10,519 nucleotides of DNA. Source: Trichoplax adhaerens. Lineage: Eukaryota; Animalia; Placozoa. How positions within the stretch are numbered: position 1 is the first letter of the stretch; the number at the start of each line of letters is the position of its first letter. The notes beneath the pieces were generated by a model, which made no database searches, had not been told where the DNA came from, and saw only the letters and a list, made by a program, of their open reading frames with translations. Position numbers and translations under genes: made by a program. The stretch lies in the NCBI RefSeq assembly GCF_000150275.1, contig NW_002061054.1:3913-14431 (forward strand), read 5' to 3'. Below are positions 8,715 through 10,519 of this stretch, piece after piece.

Positions 8715-8793
8715 CTCCAGCGGTTGTAACATTCCAAGACTGGAATAACACGATCACTTTGTTACCGAAATGGAAAAACATGTGCATCATCAT
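8715..8793 (-). CDS. SLC31A1: Ctr/SLC31 copper transporter, copy C, first coding exon
   Basis: Reads MMMHMFFHFGNKVIVLFQSWNVTTAG(G) with donor G|GTAAAG. Splices in frame to 7894 across an 820-bp intron. Confidence 0.88.
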
Positions 8794-10219
8794 GGTGAAA
8801 TTGATAATACAATCAACATACAGTAATCAGCTTGATGTAGTTTTCTGCTAGACATGAAAGAAATAAGGGATTATTACGTTGTAGCATTACAAATGGAATC
8901 AATCCATCGAGCGCGCAATATTCTCCACTAGAAGTTGTTTGTTCGTTTACCGTTATGATTACTAATACGTTGGTGTATCAGTCAATCTTGACAACATCGA
9001 TCATGGGGATAAGAATAAAGATTAAAGTGAAAACGCTATCATTCACATCGTCTAATAATCTGTATAACTTGAGTTCGATGTAAAATGCTTCGTCATGCAA
9101 AACTGTATAGAAATTCTTCTAACCATTCTACGTCGAAATAGTATAATAACCAAGTCATACAAATGCATCAATATCAATGGAAGACTTATGTAGGTTAGAA
9201 CTGTATAGTAATCTATGTAAAACAACTTGGCATGATTAACGTCTTTAAGATCAGAAATCAATTGGTTCATTTTATTTTATCTTATCTACTTACATAATTT
9301 CGATTGGCGATAGCTGTGACCGTTCGAAATTTTCCCTCAGGCTCAGCTCACGAGTGATAGGAAAGGGATAGGACGGCACAACGACTTCGGCACCTTTATA
9401 CTGTAATGGATAGCAATGAGCAAGAGAAGTACGGTAGGGGTACAGTACAGTATACAGTACAAAGTACTAGTGTACAATGTACTGTACAATACAGTCACTA
9501 GAGGTCTGCATGGTCTGGTCTGGTCTAGTCTAGTTGAATACTGTGAGAGTGTGAGTCAGTGCGTTTAATCTACTGTACAGTACAGCATTGGGATTTTCAA
9601 AGCCCTTTTAAGTCAAAATATGAATTGTTGGTTGTGATTGAATTGTGTCTTGAAGAAACTAAATTTCAGATCGGGCTACACCAAGAACAGTAAATTCCGT
9701 TAGAGACTTCTAATAAGGGGAATTTCTTCTTTAAAAAGTTCTGATTTCGTCGCTGCAAATCTTTACTTACTATGATACAGAGCTGACATTGACCAGGCAG
9801 ACCAGATAGAGTGCATCGTTAATACAGTCAGTGCAATATATTGATTTACTGGATTTATTGAATCCACACAATACAGTACAGTGAAAATTCACATAACTTC
9901 ATTCATAATTTGAGTTTGCGAGTGCTAGAGATCTGCATTAAAGTCGAAAAGTTTGTTTTAATTTGTGAATACCGTACAATATACAATACACAGTCCTAAA
10001 TTGCCGAGGGGGTAATTCGAGTCAGACTGGAATAATGCATTATGTAAGTACGTATTCACAAATGTTTCCAATGCGTGGATGGTTCGTGAAACGTCAGCAA
10101 GTCATGCAAGCTGTAACTTTCACTATTACTAATCACTTGTACAGGATATTATATTAATCGACAATAGTATTACTTGCAGAGATTATCCCACAGGGTGCAA
10201 AAATGAATTGTATTAATGT

Positions 10220-10332
10220 CTACTGCATAGCATTCGCTTCCAGTGAATCAATCAAGACATTTATTCGATCGAAAAGGTAGCCGTGAATGTTTTTAGCATG
10301 TCTATTGAATAGATTCAACACAATTGCCTGAT
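10220..10332 (-). CDS. Possible terminal coding exon of an unidentified neighbouring gene
   Basis: Acceptor-like cttacttattacctttatttag| is followed by QAIVLNLFNRHAKNIHGYLFDRINVLIDSLEANAMQ*, within ORF 10220..10510. No family recognised. Confidence 0.25.
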
Positions 10333-10519
10333 CTAAATAAAGGTAATAAGTAAGCAGAGATTGATGTAGCAGTTCAAAGACCAAGAGTGAAATTAAACCA
10401 CTAATTCTCATCTCGTATATTGAAATGGTGAATAGTTCGTGGTCGTTAATCATGTATCTGTGTTTCATTGATGGCAATACCAATCCCTTAATAGATTGTT
10501 GAGATGACATTACAATCCA

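Larger units (their letters stand above)
7483..9878. repeat. Segmental tandem duplication, copy C (Ctr half only)
   Basis: Starts at the homolog of 297. Homology to A/B ends after gaatccacacaatacagta (~9878). No EPDR follows. Confidence 0.93.

Noticed and set aside
9052-9270. 72-aa minus ORF upstream of Ctr-C
   Set aside because: The homologous region in copy B has frameshifting indels, and no recognisable motifs are present.

Overview
AT-rich eukaryotic (metazoan) genomic DNA with two 50-N assembly gaps. The compact introns and composition are compatible with a placozoan such as Trichoplax, but that is only a guess. The window is a tandem array of about three diverged copies (A ~1-3563, B 4617-7432, C 7483-~9880) of a head-to-head gene pair. 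One gene is a spliced Ctr/SLC31 copper transporter on the minus strand: three coding exons, about 160 aa when assembled across copies, and largely missed by the ORF track. The other is an intronless ependymin-related (EPDR) secreted/lysosomal protein on the plus strand. Copy A has lost the Ctr start exon, and copy C lacks the EPDR half. The most striking signal comes from aligning the copies. About a dozen homologous TA dinucleotides differ by exact 5-bp insertions (TA -> TA-CAG-TA or TA-CTG-TA), sometimes stacked up to 5 times. This is the canonical excision footprint of Tc1/mariner (Sleeping Beauty-type) transposons. The footprints concentrate in the Ctr intron-1/upstream region, and the larger rearrangement breakpoints fall in or next to these arrays.
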